A stretch of 64,000 bases of DNA from Patescibacteria group bacterium (GCA_028714455.1 JAQTMG010000001.1:568-64567), one strand, 5' to 3'. Numbered from the stretch's first letter, positions 17,560 to 27,101 are shown. Notes: a model not told the origin generated them from the letters alone. Program-made: numbers and translations.

Positions 17560-17755
17560 AAGGTCGACTAGATCCAATTATATTTTAATTTATGATCTGT
17601 CGACCTTTATGTCGACTTATCTGGTTGGTGTCGCCCTAGGCGAGCAGCCAACACGTATGAAAAAGTCGTGTTGATTCTCGTGGAGCAATGTAGAATCATA
17701 CTTCTCACCGTTCTTTGGTTAGTTTGGCTAACCAATGTTGTTTTGTTTTTGTTTT
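17560..17755 (+). ncRNA. candidate structured ncRNA (SRP-RNA-like domain IV motif?) ending in intrinsic terminator
   Basis: No ORF across a 570-bp gap; nested perfect hairpin AAAGGTCGAC...GTCGACCTTT; hairpin CGACT-...GTTGG-TGT-CGCC-CTAG-GGCG-AGCAG-CCAAC-...AGTCG whose 3' side AGCAGCCAA matches SRP RNA helix-8 motif; terminator ttggttag-tttgg-ctaaccaa plus T-run at 17715-17755. Confidence 0.3.
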
Positions 17756-18031
17756 ATGGAACACTCCAAGTTGTTCCTTAAAAACAGTGGGAAGCGAGGA
17801 AATATAGCCAATCTTAGCCAATTAGCTAGATGTCCTCATAAATTCTTTTTTATTGTACATCATCATTATACCATTATACATAAATTTCGTCAACCTTAGG
17901 CTGGGTATAAGTACAAAAAATAGCTAATTATAGCCATTAAATTAGCAGAGATGTATTGAGTGGCGACAAATTCTATTTTCTTAAATTAAGTAATAATCGA
18001 ATTATTATCCCCACATTATCCCCATAACATT

Positions 18032-19522
18032 TTATTCTAATATTAGCGAAAATAAACCACTTTGCTCACCTAAATTTAGGCTATTTATTAGGCCAGAAAA
18101 ATCACCATAATAAGACAATAATTTATCGCTAATTGTTATATTTGTGCTTAGATTAGCTATTTTATCAACATCTGCGCTTACTAGGCCCATTCCCGAACCT
18201 AAATTATTTAATAATTCCAAAGAATTAGACAAAATTAATCTCTTTCCGCTTATATAATAGCCAAATTCAATCTTACTATTGCTTAATACTCTCGTTTTAT
18301 TATCTTCGCCAGCATTCTCAAATTGCTGATTAGCCGTTCTGAAGATTTGCGTAATGTAAGTGCCATCAACTAAACGCTTCTGAACCTCTTTAGAGCCCTC
18401 GACGGCAAAGGCGTTAATAACTATCTCCTCAAGCTTGCTCAATTTCGCTGGCAGATCAGCCACCCTCTCTATTTCCGTGGCCACCAGATATTTATTGCCA
18501 GGGTAAGAGACAATTTGGGTACGCTGGTTAAACAGGGGTAAAATGTCATTTTGCCAGTCCATATTCAATATGCCTTTTGAATATTCCATGTTCTTAAAAA
18601 TCTGGCTGTAAAAATCAGGCGCTAGGCTATTTAAGCTGTTAAGCGTCTTAATCAGCTTGTTGCTGCCTGATTCAAATTCCAGGTTATAAAAAAAATCAGC
18701 TGGCACGTTGGCAAGCAAAGCTTGCCTGGAAAAATTATTGCTGCCAAAATTACTCAAGACGATTTTTCGGCCAGCGCTATTTATGCCCAGATACAGATCC
18801 GCCGCCTTGCCCTCTCTCAAGGAAAGCAGGAGTAATTTAAATCTTAAATCGGTTAGCTGGCTGTAGTGACTGGCCAATTTTTCTAAATTTACATACATCT
18901 TGCCGATGTTTGGCTTGAGTTTATCCAAATTCATTGACACGCCAAGACTTTGGGCCAATGAATTTTCTTCCTGATTTCGAACGCTAATCACTTTTGTAAT
19001 CGCATCGGCAGAAGAGGCTAGGACTAAAATATTTTTATTTAAAAAATCATTTTCTAAATACGCGTAATTTAAGTTTTGCGCACTTAGCCAGGCTTCATCC
19101 GGCTTTTTGCTTAAGTCAAAGAATATTAGATAGTCAAAATTGTAAAAATCATCATCGCTTTTGGGAATAATAGCCAGTGCCATGTTTTCTCCCACCCATT
19201 TATTCAAAATGTTTGTATCCAGGTTGGCCAGACCGTATTTTTGTTTCAAGGCTGTTAAAATATTCTCAATAAACCCCTGGTCATTAAAACGCGCTGTATT
19301 AAATGACGCGTACAAAATCGCCTCGCCCGGCACATATCTGATCATCCGGTCTTTATTAAAATAAAAATTAAAATATAAAATGATGGCAACTAAAACCAGC
19401 AAAATTAAAATTATGCCAAAAATCGAACCGATGATTTTAATCGATCGAGCGTTCATTTTTATCTTGGCTAAAATTAGAAGCCAAATTTGCCTAAATTTGA
19501 ATTGCCAATTATTCATATACAC
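18032..19522 (-). CDS. hypothetical membrane-anchored protein (496 aa)
   Basis: N-terminal TM helix then large extracytoplasmic domain; no family recognised. Confidence 0.6.
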   Translation of the reverse strand: MYMNNWQFKFRQIWLLILAKIKMNARSIKIIGSIFGIILILLVLVAIILYFNFYFNKDRMIRYVPGEAILYASFNTARFNDQGFIENILTALKQKYGLANLDTNILNKWVGENMALAIIPKSDDDFYNFDYLIFFDLSKKPDEAWLSAQNLNYAYLENDFLNKNILVLASSADAITKVISVRNQEENSLAQSLGVSMNLDKLKPNIGKMYVNLEKLASHYSQLTDLRFKLLLLSLREGKAADLYLGINSAGRKIVLSNFGSNNFSRQALLANVPADFFYNLEFESGSNKLIKTLNSLNSLAPDFYSQIFKNMEYSKGILNMDWQNDILPLFNQRTQIVSYPGNKYLVATEIERVADLPAKLSKLEEIVINAFAVEGSKEVQKRLVDGTYITQIFRTANQQFENAGEDNKTRVLSNSKIEFGYYISGKRLILSNSLELLNNLGSGMGLVSADVDKIANLSTNITISDKLLSYYGDFSGLINSLNLGEQSGLFSLILE

Positions 19523-19612
19523 ATTCTATCATAAATCTATTATAATTATGCTATAATCCAATTTAACCGATAAATCCATTAAAATATTTTTACTAATAAT
19601 TAAGTAGATTTT

Positions 19613-20392
19613 ATGAAAAAAAGATTAGTTACTTATCTGGCCCTAATTCTAATTTTGTTTCCTTTAATTTCTGCGAGTGCCCAGACTGCCGCGACTTACA
19701 AGCAAGATTGGTTCAGCGCCCAGCAGTCAAGAATAGCAGGTGAAAAAGCGCACAACCAGGCCGTGCTCGACTACGCCGCGAATAAAACACCGGAAAATGA
19801 TCAGAGGGTTATTGAAACGACTAAAGCCCTGCTTAACTCGGCTCTTGATGAAGCCGCCGCCTGGCTAAATTGGAAAAATTCAGAAGCCAAAGAAAGCCCG
19901 GAAGTCCCCGACTCAATTAAAGCCAGCATCCAAGCTGATGTCAACACGAATCTCGCCAAGATTAACAGCTTGCGCACCGAAGTGAACGCCATAAAAAACA
20001 GGCTTGACGCCGGTGTTGTCTTTTTAAAAATGGTTGGCGCCTATGCGGGCTTATTGGCTGACGTGGCCAGAAACACCGGCGCCATGTGGGTTTATATTGG
20101 CAACGAGCGAATCAACACGGCCTCGAATTTTGAAACCCAGCTTCGGGCAGCCGCTGAAAAAATAGGAAATAATTCTGATATCATAAGCAAATTGGATTTA
20201 GCCAAATCAGAAATAAATCTGGCCAAAAGTAAAGTTGACCTGGCCGAAGCGGCCTATAAAAAAGTGGCTGTGCCTGGCACACCCTTAATCAAATTCGCCG
20301 AGGGCAATAATGATCTGACGCAGGCTAAAACAAACCTGCTCAACGCGCAAGCCCAGCTCCTGGCTGCTTTTAATTTAATAATCGCTAAATAA
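19613..20392 (+). CDS. secreted hypothetical protein (signal peptide)
   Basis: MKKRLVTYLALILILFPLISASAQ signal peptide; Ala/Asn-rich helical; extended -10 TGcTATAAT upstream at 19549-19557. Confidence 0.6.
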   Translation: MKKRLVTYLALILILFPLISASAQTAATYKQDWFSAQQSRIAGEKAHNQAVLDYAANKTPENDQRVIETTKALLNSALDEAAAWLNWKNSEAKESPEVPDSIKASIQADVNTNLAKINSLRTEVNAIKNRLDAGVVFLKMVGAYAGLLADVARNTGAMWVYIGNERINTASNFETQLRAAAEKIGNNSDIISKLDLAKSEINLAKSKVDLAEAAYKKVAVPGTPLIKFAEGNNDLTQAKTNLLNAQAQLLAAFNLIIAK

Positions 20393-20397
20393 AATCT

Positions 20398-20652
20398 ATG
20401 AAAAAAATATTAATAATTTCAACGCTGACACTGCTTGTGGCGATAATTTTAAGCGGCTGCGCTCCTCAAACAAACCAAACCAATACAAATAATTCTGCTG
20501 TGAATAAAAATGCTCCAACCACCAATCAGGAAGTTAACACGAATGAACCAACGCAGAAAACCGAACTCAACATAAATAAAGCGGATCTGGACAAATTAAA
20601 AGCCGATATCAACAAAATGGAATTTGAAAATATAAATGGATTTTCACAATAA
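20398..20652 (+). CDS. small lipoprotein (84 aa)
   Basis: Signal peptide with lipobox LSGC; terminator ggcga-tcgtaag-tcgcc plus T-run at 20654-20690. Confidence 0.6.
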   Translation: MKKILIISTLTLLVAIILSGCAPQTNQTNTNNSAVNKNAPTTNQEVNTNEPTQKTELNINKADLDKLKADINKMEFENINGFSQ

Positions 20653-20795
20653 TCAAAAAGGGGCGATCGTAAGTCGCCTCTTTTTTTATTGACAAATTTT
20701 TCTGTAGTGTTAAGGTATAAGCGATTGGCAAACGCCAATCTTGTCCCTGAAAAGGGATAAAAAATTCTTTGAAAAAAGAAAAAGGAGGCAGGAAG

Positions 20796-21563
20796 ATGGG
20801 AAAGGAAACGAGAGGCGAGGCTATGTCAAGGATACTGGAAAGATATTCGGGCAAAAAAATCGAATGGGCGCTCAAGGATTGCATCCAATCCGTGTTGGAC
20901 AAGAAAGATAACTACCTTAGGCAAATCGTCCAACGTATGTGCGGGCCTGACATTAACACGGTCTCCGAAATAACATTGGCCATATTTATCTTGGACGTTG
21001 CCAACAGAAAAGAGTGGCTGGATCTTTTGATGCGGATACTTGAATCTGAAGATGGCTCGATTTTCATAGAAATGAATCTTGAACACATCAGCCAGAACTT
21101 TTATTTCGGGGTATGTCTGGGCATATTTAAGATCGCTAACGAACTGACAGAACATCATGCCAATAAAGAAGAGGATGATTTTTTAATCGCCATACCTGAA
21201 ATAATCTACGAGATAATTACTTCTCATGGTTGTCTTCTTAACAAGACACGACGTGTACTTTCAAACATAAACAGCTGCTTTTCGCCTGGAGAGAGCAACG
21301 AGTTCAGAAGCGCTCTGACAAAGGAAATCTATAGGTATATGCGGTGGTATAGGCAATATAAAGATGAGGGGGGATTGATACAAAGTAAGATGGACCCGCG
21401 AAGAATCATGGAAAAAATGGGAAACCCTGACAAGCTCTGGAGAGAGGTAGACAAGTACAACATCGGAGGTTTAATCCTGGACCAAATCTGCTATGCCATC
21501 TTTGGGGATTCAGATCTCGAAGAGCGCGTGCAGGCGATTCACTGTCTGGTCATGCATAAGTAA
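20796..21563 (+). CDS. hypothetical protein (255 aa from ATG 20796), GC-elevated
   Basis: Perfect SD aaaaaggaggcaggaagATG; ORF-track TTG start at 20769 rejected; followed by terminator. Confidence 0.6.
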   Translation: MGKETRGEAMSRILERYSGKKIEWALKDCIQSVLDKKDNYLRQIVQRMCGPDINTVSEITLAIFILDVANRKEWLDLLMRILESEDGSIFIEMNLEHISQNFYFGVCLGIFKIANELTEHHANKEEDDFLIAIPEIIYEIITSHGCLLNKTRRVLSNINSCFSPGESNEFRSALTKEIYRYMRWYRQYKDEGGLIQSKMDPRRIMEKMGNPDKLWREVDKYNIGGLILDQICYAIFGDSDLEERVQAIHCLVMHK

Positions 21564-21565
21564 AA

Positions 21566-21600
21566 AACGCCAAGAGGCGATCAGCTGATCGCCTCTTTTC
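21566..21600. terminator. bidirectional terminator
   Basis: agaggcgatc-agc-tgatcgcctct hairpin flanked by A/T runs. Confidence 0.6.
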
Positions 21601-21620
21601 TATTTATAACAATTTGTAAC

Positions 21621-23855
21621 TTAATATCTTTTTCTGCCAAAACCACCATGGCCGCCGCGGCCGCCTCGATCTTCTCTTGGTCGGCGCGGACCTCGGTCGT
21701 CAAAACCGCCGCCTGGAGCTGGGACTGGTTTTTTGCCGCCTTCGATCAGAGAAAGATTGACTCGGCCCTGTGAATCAATTTCATCAACTTTAACTTTTAC
21801 CTCATCGCCGAGGTTCAGGACATCTGTAACTCTGGCGATTCTAAACGGCGCCATTTTTGAAATATGAATCATGCCGTCTTTGCCAGGCAAGACCTCCACA
21901 AAAGCGCCAAAGTCCATGATGCGCACAACTTTGCCATTATAAATTTCACCAACCTCAACCTCTTTCACAATATCCTTAATCCACATGACGGCTCTGGTTG
22001 CCATTTCAGAATTATTGGAAGTGACCATAACCTGACCGGTTTGTTCAACATCTATTGTTACGCCTGTCTCATCAATAATTTTATTGATCATCTTGCCGCC
22101 TGGGCCAATAACATCCTTGATTTTTTCAGGGTCGATAAAGAAACTGGTAATACGCGGCGCAAATGGCGATAAATCAGGTCTTGGTTTATCAATAACTTTG
22201 GACATCTCTTCAAGCACCTGGTTCAAAGCCTTTCTGCCCTGGCTCAAAGTTTCTTCAACCATTTTAATTGTTAAACCATCTGACTTGGTATCCATTTGAA
22301 TAGCTGTAATACCGTCTTTGGTGCCAGTGATTTTGAAATCCATGCCACCCGGACCATCTTCAAGATCTTGAAGATCGGTAATAATCTTGTATTTGCCGCT
22401 GCCATCAGTAGCTAAACCGAGAGCAATGCCAGCGACTGGATTTTTTATTGGCACGCCAGCATCCATCAGAGCCAGAGTTGAACCGCAAGTAGAAGCCATT
22501 GAGCTGGAACCATTTGAGCCCAGCGTTTCAGAAACAACTCGGATCGTATATGGAAAATTTTCTTTACTTGGTAAAACCGAAACCAAGGCTTTTTCAGCTA
22601 AGGCGCCGTGGCCAATTTCTCGACGACCCAATCCACGCATTGGCTTTACTTCTGCGACAGCAAAGGGCGCGAATGTATAATGATGCATGTATCTTTTTTC
22701 ACCGACTTCTTCCATACTTTCCAGAACCTGCGCTTCACCTGGCCCGGCCAAAGTCACGACCGAGAGAACCTGGGTTTCGCCTCTCTGAAATAAACCGCTG
22801 CCATGCAGGCGTTTAAAAATTCCTACCTCAAATGAAAGCGGCCTTATCTGATCAACTTTGCGTCCATCAACGCGAGCGCCAGTTTCCACAATGGCAGCTG
22901 AAGTTTTTTGCTCAATCATTTTTACCGACTCGATAATAACCTGATCAATCAACTCATCCTCATAACCTTTTTCAGTCAGCATCTTATGAAGTTCATTGGT
23001 CAATTCGTGCAAACCGTGTTTGCGTAATGCTTTGGTTGGCCGAACTTCATCAAGCAAATATGGCTTAACTTTTTCGCTGACAAATTTTTCAGCGATATCA
23101 AGCATTTCTTTTCTAATTTTCAATGTCTCTTCTGTTTCGTGAGGCATTAAATCCAAAACATTTAATTTATCCCTGCCTGCTTCTCTGACAACTTCATTGA
23201 TTAATCCAACAATGTCGCCCAGGGCTTTTTGGCCAAATTTAAAGGCCTCAAAAACGGTCTTATCTGGTACCTGTTTGGCTTCGGCTTCGATCATAATGAT
23301 TTTGTCTTTTGTGCCAGCCAATGTCAGTTCCAAATCACCTTCATTCAATTGAGCTACGGTTGGGTTCAAAATAAACTCGCCGTCTTTTTGGCCGATATTA
23401 ATTCCAGCCAACGGACCATTCCAGGGAATATTAGAAATAGCCAGTGCGGCTGAAGCAGCAATCAAGCCAACAATCTTTGATGGATTTTCTCCATCAACTG
23501 AAAGCACGGTCAAAATAACCTGCACTTCATTTCTAATCTCTTCGTTAAAAAGAGGTCTAATGGCGCGATCAATCATGCGTCCGTTTAATACTGCTTCATC
23601 GCCAGGTCTAGTATCTCTTTTAATAAACTTAGAACCTTTGATGCGACCTGCCGCATAAAGTCGTTCTTCAAATTCCACGGTCAATGGGAAGAAATCAATG
23701 CCCTCTCTAGTTTCCCGCGAAATTACGGCCGTAGCCAAAACAACCGTATCGCCATATGATACGGTCACGCTGCCATTGGCCTGATTAGCCAATTTGCCTG
23801 TCTCTATTTTGAGAGTCCGGCCAGCGATTTCCTTTTCAAATCGTAAAACTTCCAT
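21621..23855 (-). CDS. pnp: polyribonucleotide nucleotidyltransferase
   Basis: Two RNase PH domains, KH and S1 domains, Gly/Arg-rich C-terminal tail; start taken at MEVLRFEKE with SD AAGGA. Confidence 0.95.
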   Translation of the reverse strand: MEVLRFEKEIAGRTLKIETGKLANQANGSVTVSYGDTVVLATAVISRETREGIDFFPLTVEFEERLYAAGRIKGSKFIKRDTRPGDEAVLNGRMIDRAIRPLFNEEIRNEVQVILTVLSVDGENPSKIVGLIAASAALAISNIPWNGPLAGINIGQKDGEFILNPTVAQLNEGDLELTLAGTKDKIIMIEAEAKQVPDKTVFEAFKFGQKALGDIVGLINEVVREAGRDKLNVLDLMPHETEETLKIRKEMLDIAEKFVSEKVKPYLLDEVRPTKALRKHGLHELTNELHKMLTEKGYEDELIDQVIIESVKMIEQKTSAAIVETGARVDGRKVDQIRPLSFEVGIFKRLHGSGLFQRGETQVLSVVTLAGPGEAQVLESMEEVGEKRYMHHYTFAPFAVAEVKPMRGLGRREIGHGALAEKALVSVLPSKENFPYTIRVVSETLGSNGSSSMASTCGSTLALMDAGVPIKNPVAGIALGLATDGSGKYKIITDLQDLEDGPGGMDFKITGTKDGITAIQMDTKSDGLTIKMVEETLSQGRKALNQVLEEMSKVIDKPRPDLSPFAPRITSFFIDPEKIKDVIGPGGKMINKIIDETGVTIDVEQTGQVMVTSNNSEMATRAVMWIKDIVKEVEVGEIYNGKVVRIMDFGAFVEVLPGKDGMIHISKMAPFRIARVTDVLNLGDEVKVKVDEIDSQGRVNLSLIEGGKKPVPAPGGGFDDRGPRRPREDRGGRGGHGGFGRKRY

Positions 23856-23940
23856 AAGTTTTCCTTTCTTGCTGGCCAACATACTTCTGAATTGTTTGTG
23901 AAAAACAATTTCAGCTTGTCTGCCGGTCAGCTTATAATAA

Positions 23941-24621
23941 TTATTTTATAAATTTAAAGCTTTTTTCCATTTCGGGGTCATATCCCACAATAGTCATGCC
24001 AGTTGAATCTAATAATTCTGCACTTTTTGAAAATGAATAATCCATTCCCATATTCCATGTTGCAACTTTTTTGACTCCAGGATTATAAATAAAGCCCATT
24101 GCCCAATTGATATAGCATTTTGATTCATCTAGATCTTTCCCATCGTACTTGTAAGTTACATCAAAGTCATCATTACCTCTGGGTATCAATTTTTCTATCT
24201 CACAAGTATCATAAAAATTTTCTTTAAAAATATTTTGCAGCTGATCAAGCGTTTCCACATTTTGATAAATACTTATTTCCCAGATACCGTCCCAGTATTT
24301 AAATTCGCCATTGCAAAAATGACCAATTGCTATTTTATTGCCGATTTCTTCAACTCTTACTTCGGCCATACCGTCATATTTGCACTGCCATTCCCATGTG
24401 CGCGATTCTTCGGGCAAATCAATAGAAAATCCTAATTTATTATTAACATATCTTTGCCAGCCATTTCCTAGCTTAATTATTTGAGTTTCTGGTTTAACTG
24501 AATTATCATCTGATTTGGCGAATTGTATTTTAGGTAATAAATTGGTAAAAAAATAATATCCAAATATGCCAATCAAAATAACAATTATTAAAATTGCGCG
24601 ATAAATATTTACTTTTTTCAT
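23941..24621 (-). CDS. hypothetical membrane-anchored protein (226 aa)
   Basis: N-terminal TM helix; Trp/Tyr-rich extracytoplasmic domain. Confidence 0.6.
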   Translation of the reverse strand: MKKVNIYRAILIIVILIGIFGYYFFTNLLPKIQFAKSDDNSVKPETQIIKLGNGWQRYVNNKLGFSIDLPEESRTWEWQCKYDGMAEVRVEEIGNKIAIGHFCNGEFKYWDGIWEISIYQNVETLDQLQNIFKENFYDTCEIEKLIPRGNDDFDVTYKYDGKDLDESKCYINWAMGFIYNPGVKKVATWNMGMDYSFSKSAELLDSTGMTIVGYDPEMEKSFKFIK

Positions 24622-24630
24622 AAAACAAAT

Positions 24631-25149
24631 TTATCTTCTTCTTTTACCTGTAGTCATCAGATACTTACTCGGACTTGCTCCCAAATCAGTGTAATCATCA
24701 GCTACTTCAATAAGCTTGCTTGATGTACTCTTGGCAAAAGATATCACTTCAACAAGACAACCTTTATTTTCTCGCAAATAATTAACGAGCGAAATAAAAT
24801 CGCCATCGCCAGTCACCAAAACAACTACATCTAATTTGTCAGCCATTTTAATGGCATCAACGGCCATGCCTACGTCCCAGTCGGCCTTCTTGGCGCCGCC
24901 TGGAAAAATCTGCAAGTCCTTTACTTTAACTTCAAAACCCTGTTTCTCCAGTGTCTCCAAAAACTTTTTTTCTTCTCCACTTGGAGAAATGATAGCGTAA
25001 ACAACCGCTCTAATTAATTTTCTGCCAAAAACTGCGGTTTTCAAAAGTTCCTGAAAATTAACATTGGCCTTGTACAAATTCTTGGCCGAGTGATACATGT
25101 TTTGGACGTCGACGAAAATGCCGACTCTTTGTTCTTTGTGTTTTATCAT
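24631..25149 (-). CDS. NYN domain (LabA-like, PIN-like) protein
   Basis: VGIFVDVQNMYHS ... VLVTGDGDF motifs. Confidence 0.75.
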   Translation of the reverse strand: MIKHKEQRVGIFVDVQNMYHSAKNLYKANVNFQELLKTAVFGRKLIRAVVYAIISPSGEEKKFLETLEKQGFEVKVKDLQIFPGGAKKADWDVGMAVDAIKMADKLDVVVLVTGDGDFISLVNYLRENKGCLVEVISFAKSTSSKLIEVADDYTDLGASPSKYLMTTGKRRR

Positions 25150-25162
25150 ATTTTTACTGCTT

Positions 25163-25199
25163 TGAGCTTAGAGCTCTGAGCTCAGGGCTCATAGCCCAT
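25163..25199. repeat. tandem heptamer array (GAGCTTA GAGCTCT GAGCTCA GGGCTCA TAGCCCA)
   Basis: 7-nt period, lies in the 5' leader of the NYN gene (minus strand). Confidence 0.6.
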
Positions 25200-25207
25200 T
25201 ACCAAAC

Positions 25208-25232
25208 TAAAACCCCGGCGGGCGGGGTTTTA
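25208..25232 (-). terminator. rpsO terminator
   Basis: aaaaccccgcccgccggggtttt on minus strand. Confidence 0.6.
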
Positions 25233-25235
25233 GTG

Positions 25236-25511
25236 TTATTCTGCGACTTTAAGTTTTAAACTTTTTAATAGTTTTTCGTAACCTTCTAAATTTTCCCTCT
25301 TCAGATAAGTCATTAATTTTTTTCTCTCCTGGACTTTTTTTATCAAGCCAAGGCGAGATGAATAATCATGCTTGTGATTTTTCATGTGTTCGGTCAACGA
25401 TTTAATTTCCTGCGTCAGAATCGCGATCTGCACCTCGGCCGAACCAGTGTCCTTGTCGTGCAGCCGAAACTTTTTAATAATTTTGTCCTTCTCTTCCTTT
25501 GTTAATGCCAT
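25236..25511 (-). CDS. rpsO: 30S ribosomal protein S15
   Basis: MALTKEEKDKIIKKF...GLIKKVQERKKLMTYLKR; start at ATG 25511 with SD. Confidence 0.9.
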   Translation of the reverse strand: MALTKEEKDKIIKKFRLHDKDTGSAEVQIAILTQEIKSLTEHMKNHKHDYSSRLGLIKKVQERKKLMTYLKRENLEGYEKLLKSLKLKVAE

Positions 25512-25729
25512 AAAGCATCCTTTCAATTGCGCTTATCCAAGATAGATTTGGCAAATCTAACCGAGAAAACGCCTTACTTTGTTAATTATTAGCATAATAA
25601 CACTCAAAAGTAATGATGTCAAGGCAAGGTAAGATACTAATATACTAATACTATACTAATTTACGAATTTTCTTCCCTGGACAATTCGTATATTCGTAAC
25701 TCTAAAAATTTGTTAAACTCAATTAAGTA

Positions 25730-25758
25730 TTGACGTGTTTCTATTAATTTGTTTAAAT
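25730..25758 (+). promoter_or_regulatory. promoter TTGACG-N17-TTAAAT for ncRNA candidate
   Basis: Exact 17-nt spacer; no ORF downstream. Confidence 0.45.
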
Positions 25759-25764
25759 GCGAAC

Positions 25765-25987
25765 AAGCGTAGAAACAGTACGGCGACTCGTGCCCATCTA
25801 AACACGAGGAAAGGGTTCGACTCCCTTTGACTGGCTTTACAAGGAGCTTTTATCTGCCGAGAATAGTTGGGAGGCAATGAATCCCGGTTTTCGGACTGGG
25901 TGGAGCCGAATCTGGAATACCAACCGGATAAAAGACCTTGGCAAGTTCTGCGCTAGGGGGAGAGTGCCACAACCTCTCCCTTTTTTC
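25765..25987 (+). ncRNA. candidate ~220-nt structured ncRNA (identity unresolved; short RNase P / tmRNA-like motifs)
   Basis: 630-bp gap without ORFs; promoter upstream; strong terminator GGGGAGAG-N9-CTCTCCC plus T6 at 25957-25987; hairpin GTTTCTA...TAGAAAC; motifs CGAGGAAAGGGTTCGACTCCC (cf. RNase P CR-I GAGGAAAG; tRNA-like T-arm) and GAATCCCGGTTTTCGG (cf. RNase P P4 3' strand GAACCCGGCTTATCGG). Confidence 0.4.
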
Positions 25988-25999
25988 TTTTCTAAAAAT

Positions 26000-26028
26000 T
26001 TGTCAAAATTGCTTAAGTGTCGTAAAAT
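26000..26028 (+). promoter_or_regulatory. promoter TTGTCA-N17-TAAAAT upstream of xerC/D
   Basis: Hexamer spacing 17. Confidence 0.4.
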
Positions 26029-26062
26029 AATGACTATAAGATAATAAGAGCTACAAGAGCTA

Positions 26063-26150
26063 AATGCCCATAGGCCTAAATGTTTCTCTCGGCCTATTAG
26101 CCTATAGTTCTTCTAGTCGTATAGCTCTTATAGCTCCTATATAACAAAGA
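26063..26150. repeat. degenerate AGAGCT / TAGCTC repeat block in xer 5' leader
   Basis: aagagctacaagagctaaatgcccataggcct...tatagctcttatagctcctat; related to heptamer family. Confidence 0.4.
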
Positions 26151-26156
26151 GTTTAA

Positions 26157-27101
26157 ATGGAAAAATCAAAGTTACAAAATTTAATCCGCGAGTTTCTCGA
26201 ATATCTCGAGATCGAAAAAGGCCGTTCCCGGATGACCATCAGAAATTATGAATTTTATTTACTGCGTTTTTTAACTTGGTCAAATTTTAAAAATCCAGAA
26301 CAAATCACCAGCGACACGGTGCGCAATTATCGGCTCTGGTTAAATCGCCAGAAAGATTCGACTGGACAATTTTTAAAGAAAAATACGCAAAACTATCACT
26401 TAATCGCCTTGCGCGCCTTTTTAAAATATCTGGCTAAGCGCGATATTAAGACTTTGCCGCCGGAAAAAATTGAATTAGCCAAAATGCCAGACCGCCAGAT
26501 TGAATTTTTAGAAGGTTTTGATTTGGAAAACTTTATGGAAGCGCCAATGAAAGTTGAAGAACCGGAAATAATAAGATTGCGTGACAAATCAATTTTAGAA
26601 ACCTTGTTTTCAACCGGACTTCGTGTGTCAGAACTTTCCAATTTAAAAAAAGAGGTTGTTAATTTAAATAAAGATGAATTCACGGTCCGCGGCAAGGGTT
26701 CAAAGCTGCGCGTTGTTTTTCTTTCCAACCAAGCTAAATATTGGCTGAAAAAATATCTGGAAGCGCGAAAAGACATGTCGCAATTTCTATTTACCAATCA
26801 CGACAAAGCCGGTAACAAAAGAAATAAAAAGGGTGATGACAAACCTTTGACGCCGCGCAGTATTCAAAGAATCGTGGAAAAATATGCCAAGGTCGCGGGC
26901 ATCACCAAAAAAATCACGCCCCATGTCCTGCGACATTCTTTTGCCACTGATTTATTAATCAACGGCGCGGATATTCGTTCTGTCCAATCAATGCTGGGCC
27001 ATTCCAGCATCACCACGACTCAAATTTATACGCACATTACAGACAGGCAACTACGCGAAGTGTATAAAAATTTTCACGGCAAGAGAAGAAGAAAGGAATA
27101 A
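26157..27101 (+). CDS. xerC: tyrosine recombinase XerC/XerD family
   Basis: N-terminal core-binding domain; C-terminal RHSFATDLLINGADIRSVQSMLGHSSITTTQIYTHI with catalytic Y. Confidence 0.85.
   Translation: MEKSKLQNLIREFLEYLEIEKGRSRMTIRNYEFYLLRFLTWSNFKNPEQITSDTVRNYRLWLNRQKDSTGQFLKKNTQNYHLIALRAFLKYLAKRDIKTLPPEKIELAKMPDRQIEFLEGFDLENFMEAPMKVEEPEIIRLRDKSILETLFSTGLRVSELSNLKKEVVNLNKDEFTVRGKGSKLRVVFLSNQAKYWLKKYLEARKDMSQFLFTNHDKAGNKRNKKGDDKPLTPRSIQRIVEKYAKVAGITKKITPHVLRHSFATDLLINGADIRSVQSMLGHSSITTTQIYTHITDRQLREVYKNFHGKRRRKE

Noticed and set aside
20769-20795. TTG-initiated N-terminal extensions proposed by the ORF track (20769, 27471, 61208, 63706, 7264, 23882, 25526, 40589, 44543)
   Set aside because: In each case an internal ATG with a proper SD and/or family-typical N-terminus exists, and the extension overlaps promoters, tRNAs or lacks an RBS.
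25765-25987. Calling the ncRNA candidate tmRNA or RNase P RNA outright
   Set aside because: No tag-peptide reading frame ending in ALAA-stop and no 3' CCA/T-arm for tmRNA. Only ~87 nt separate the CR-I-like and P4-like motifs, too short for bacterial RNase P RNA. Left as unassigned ncRNA.
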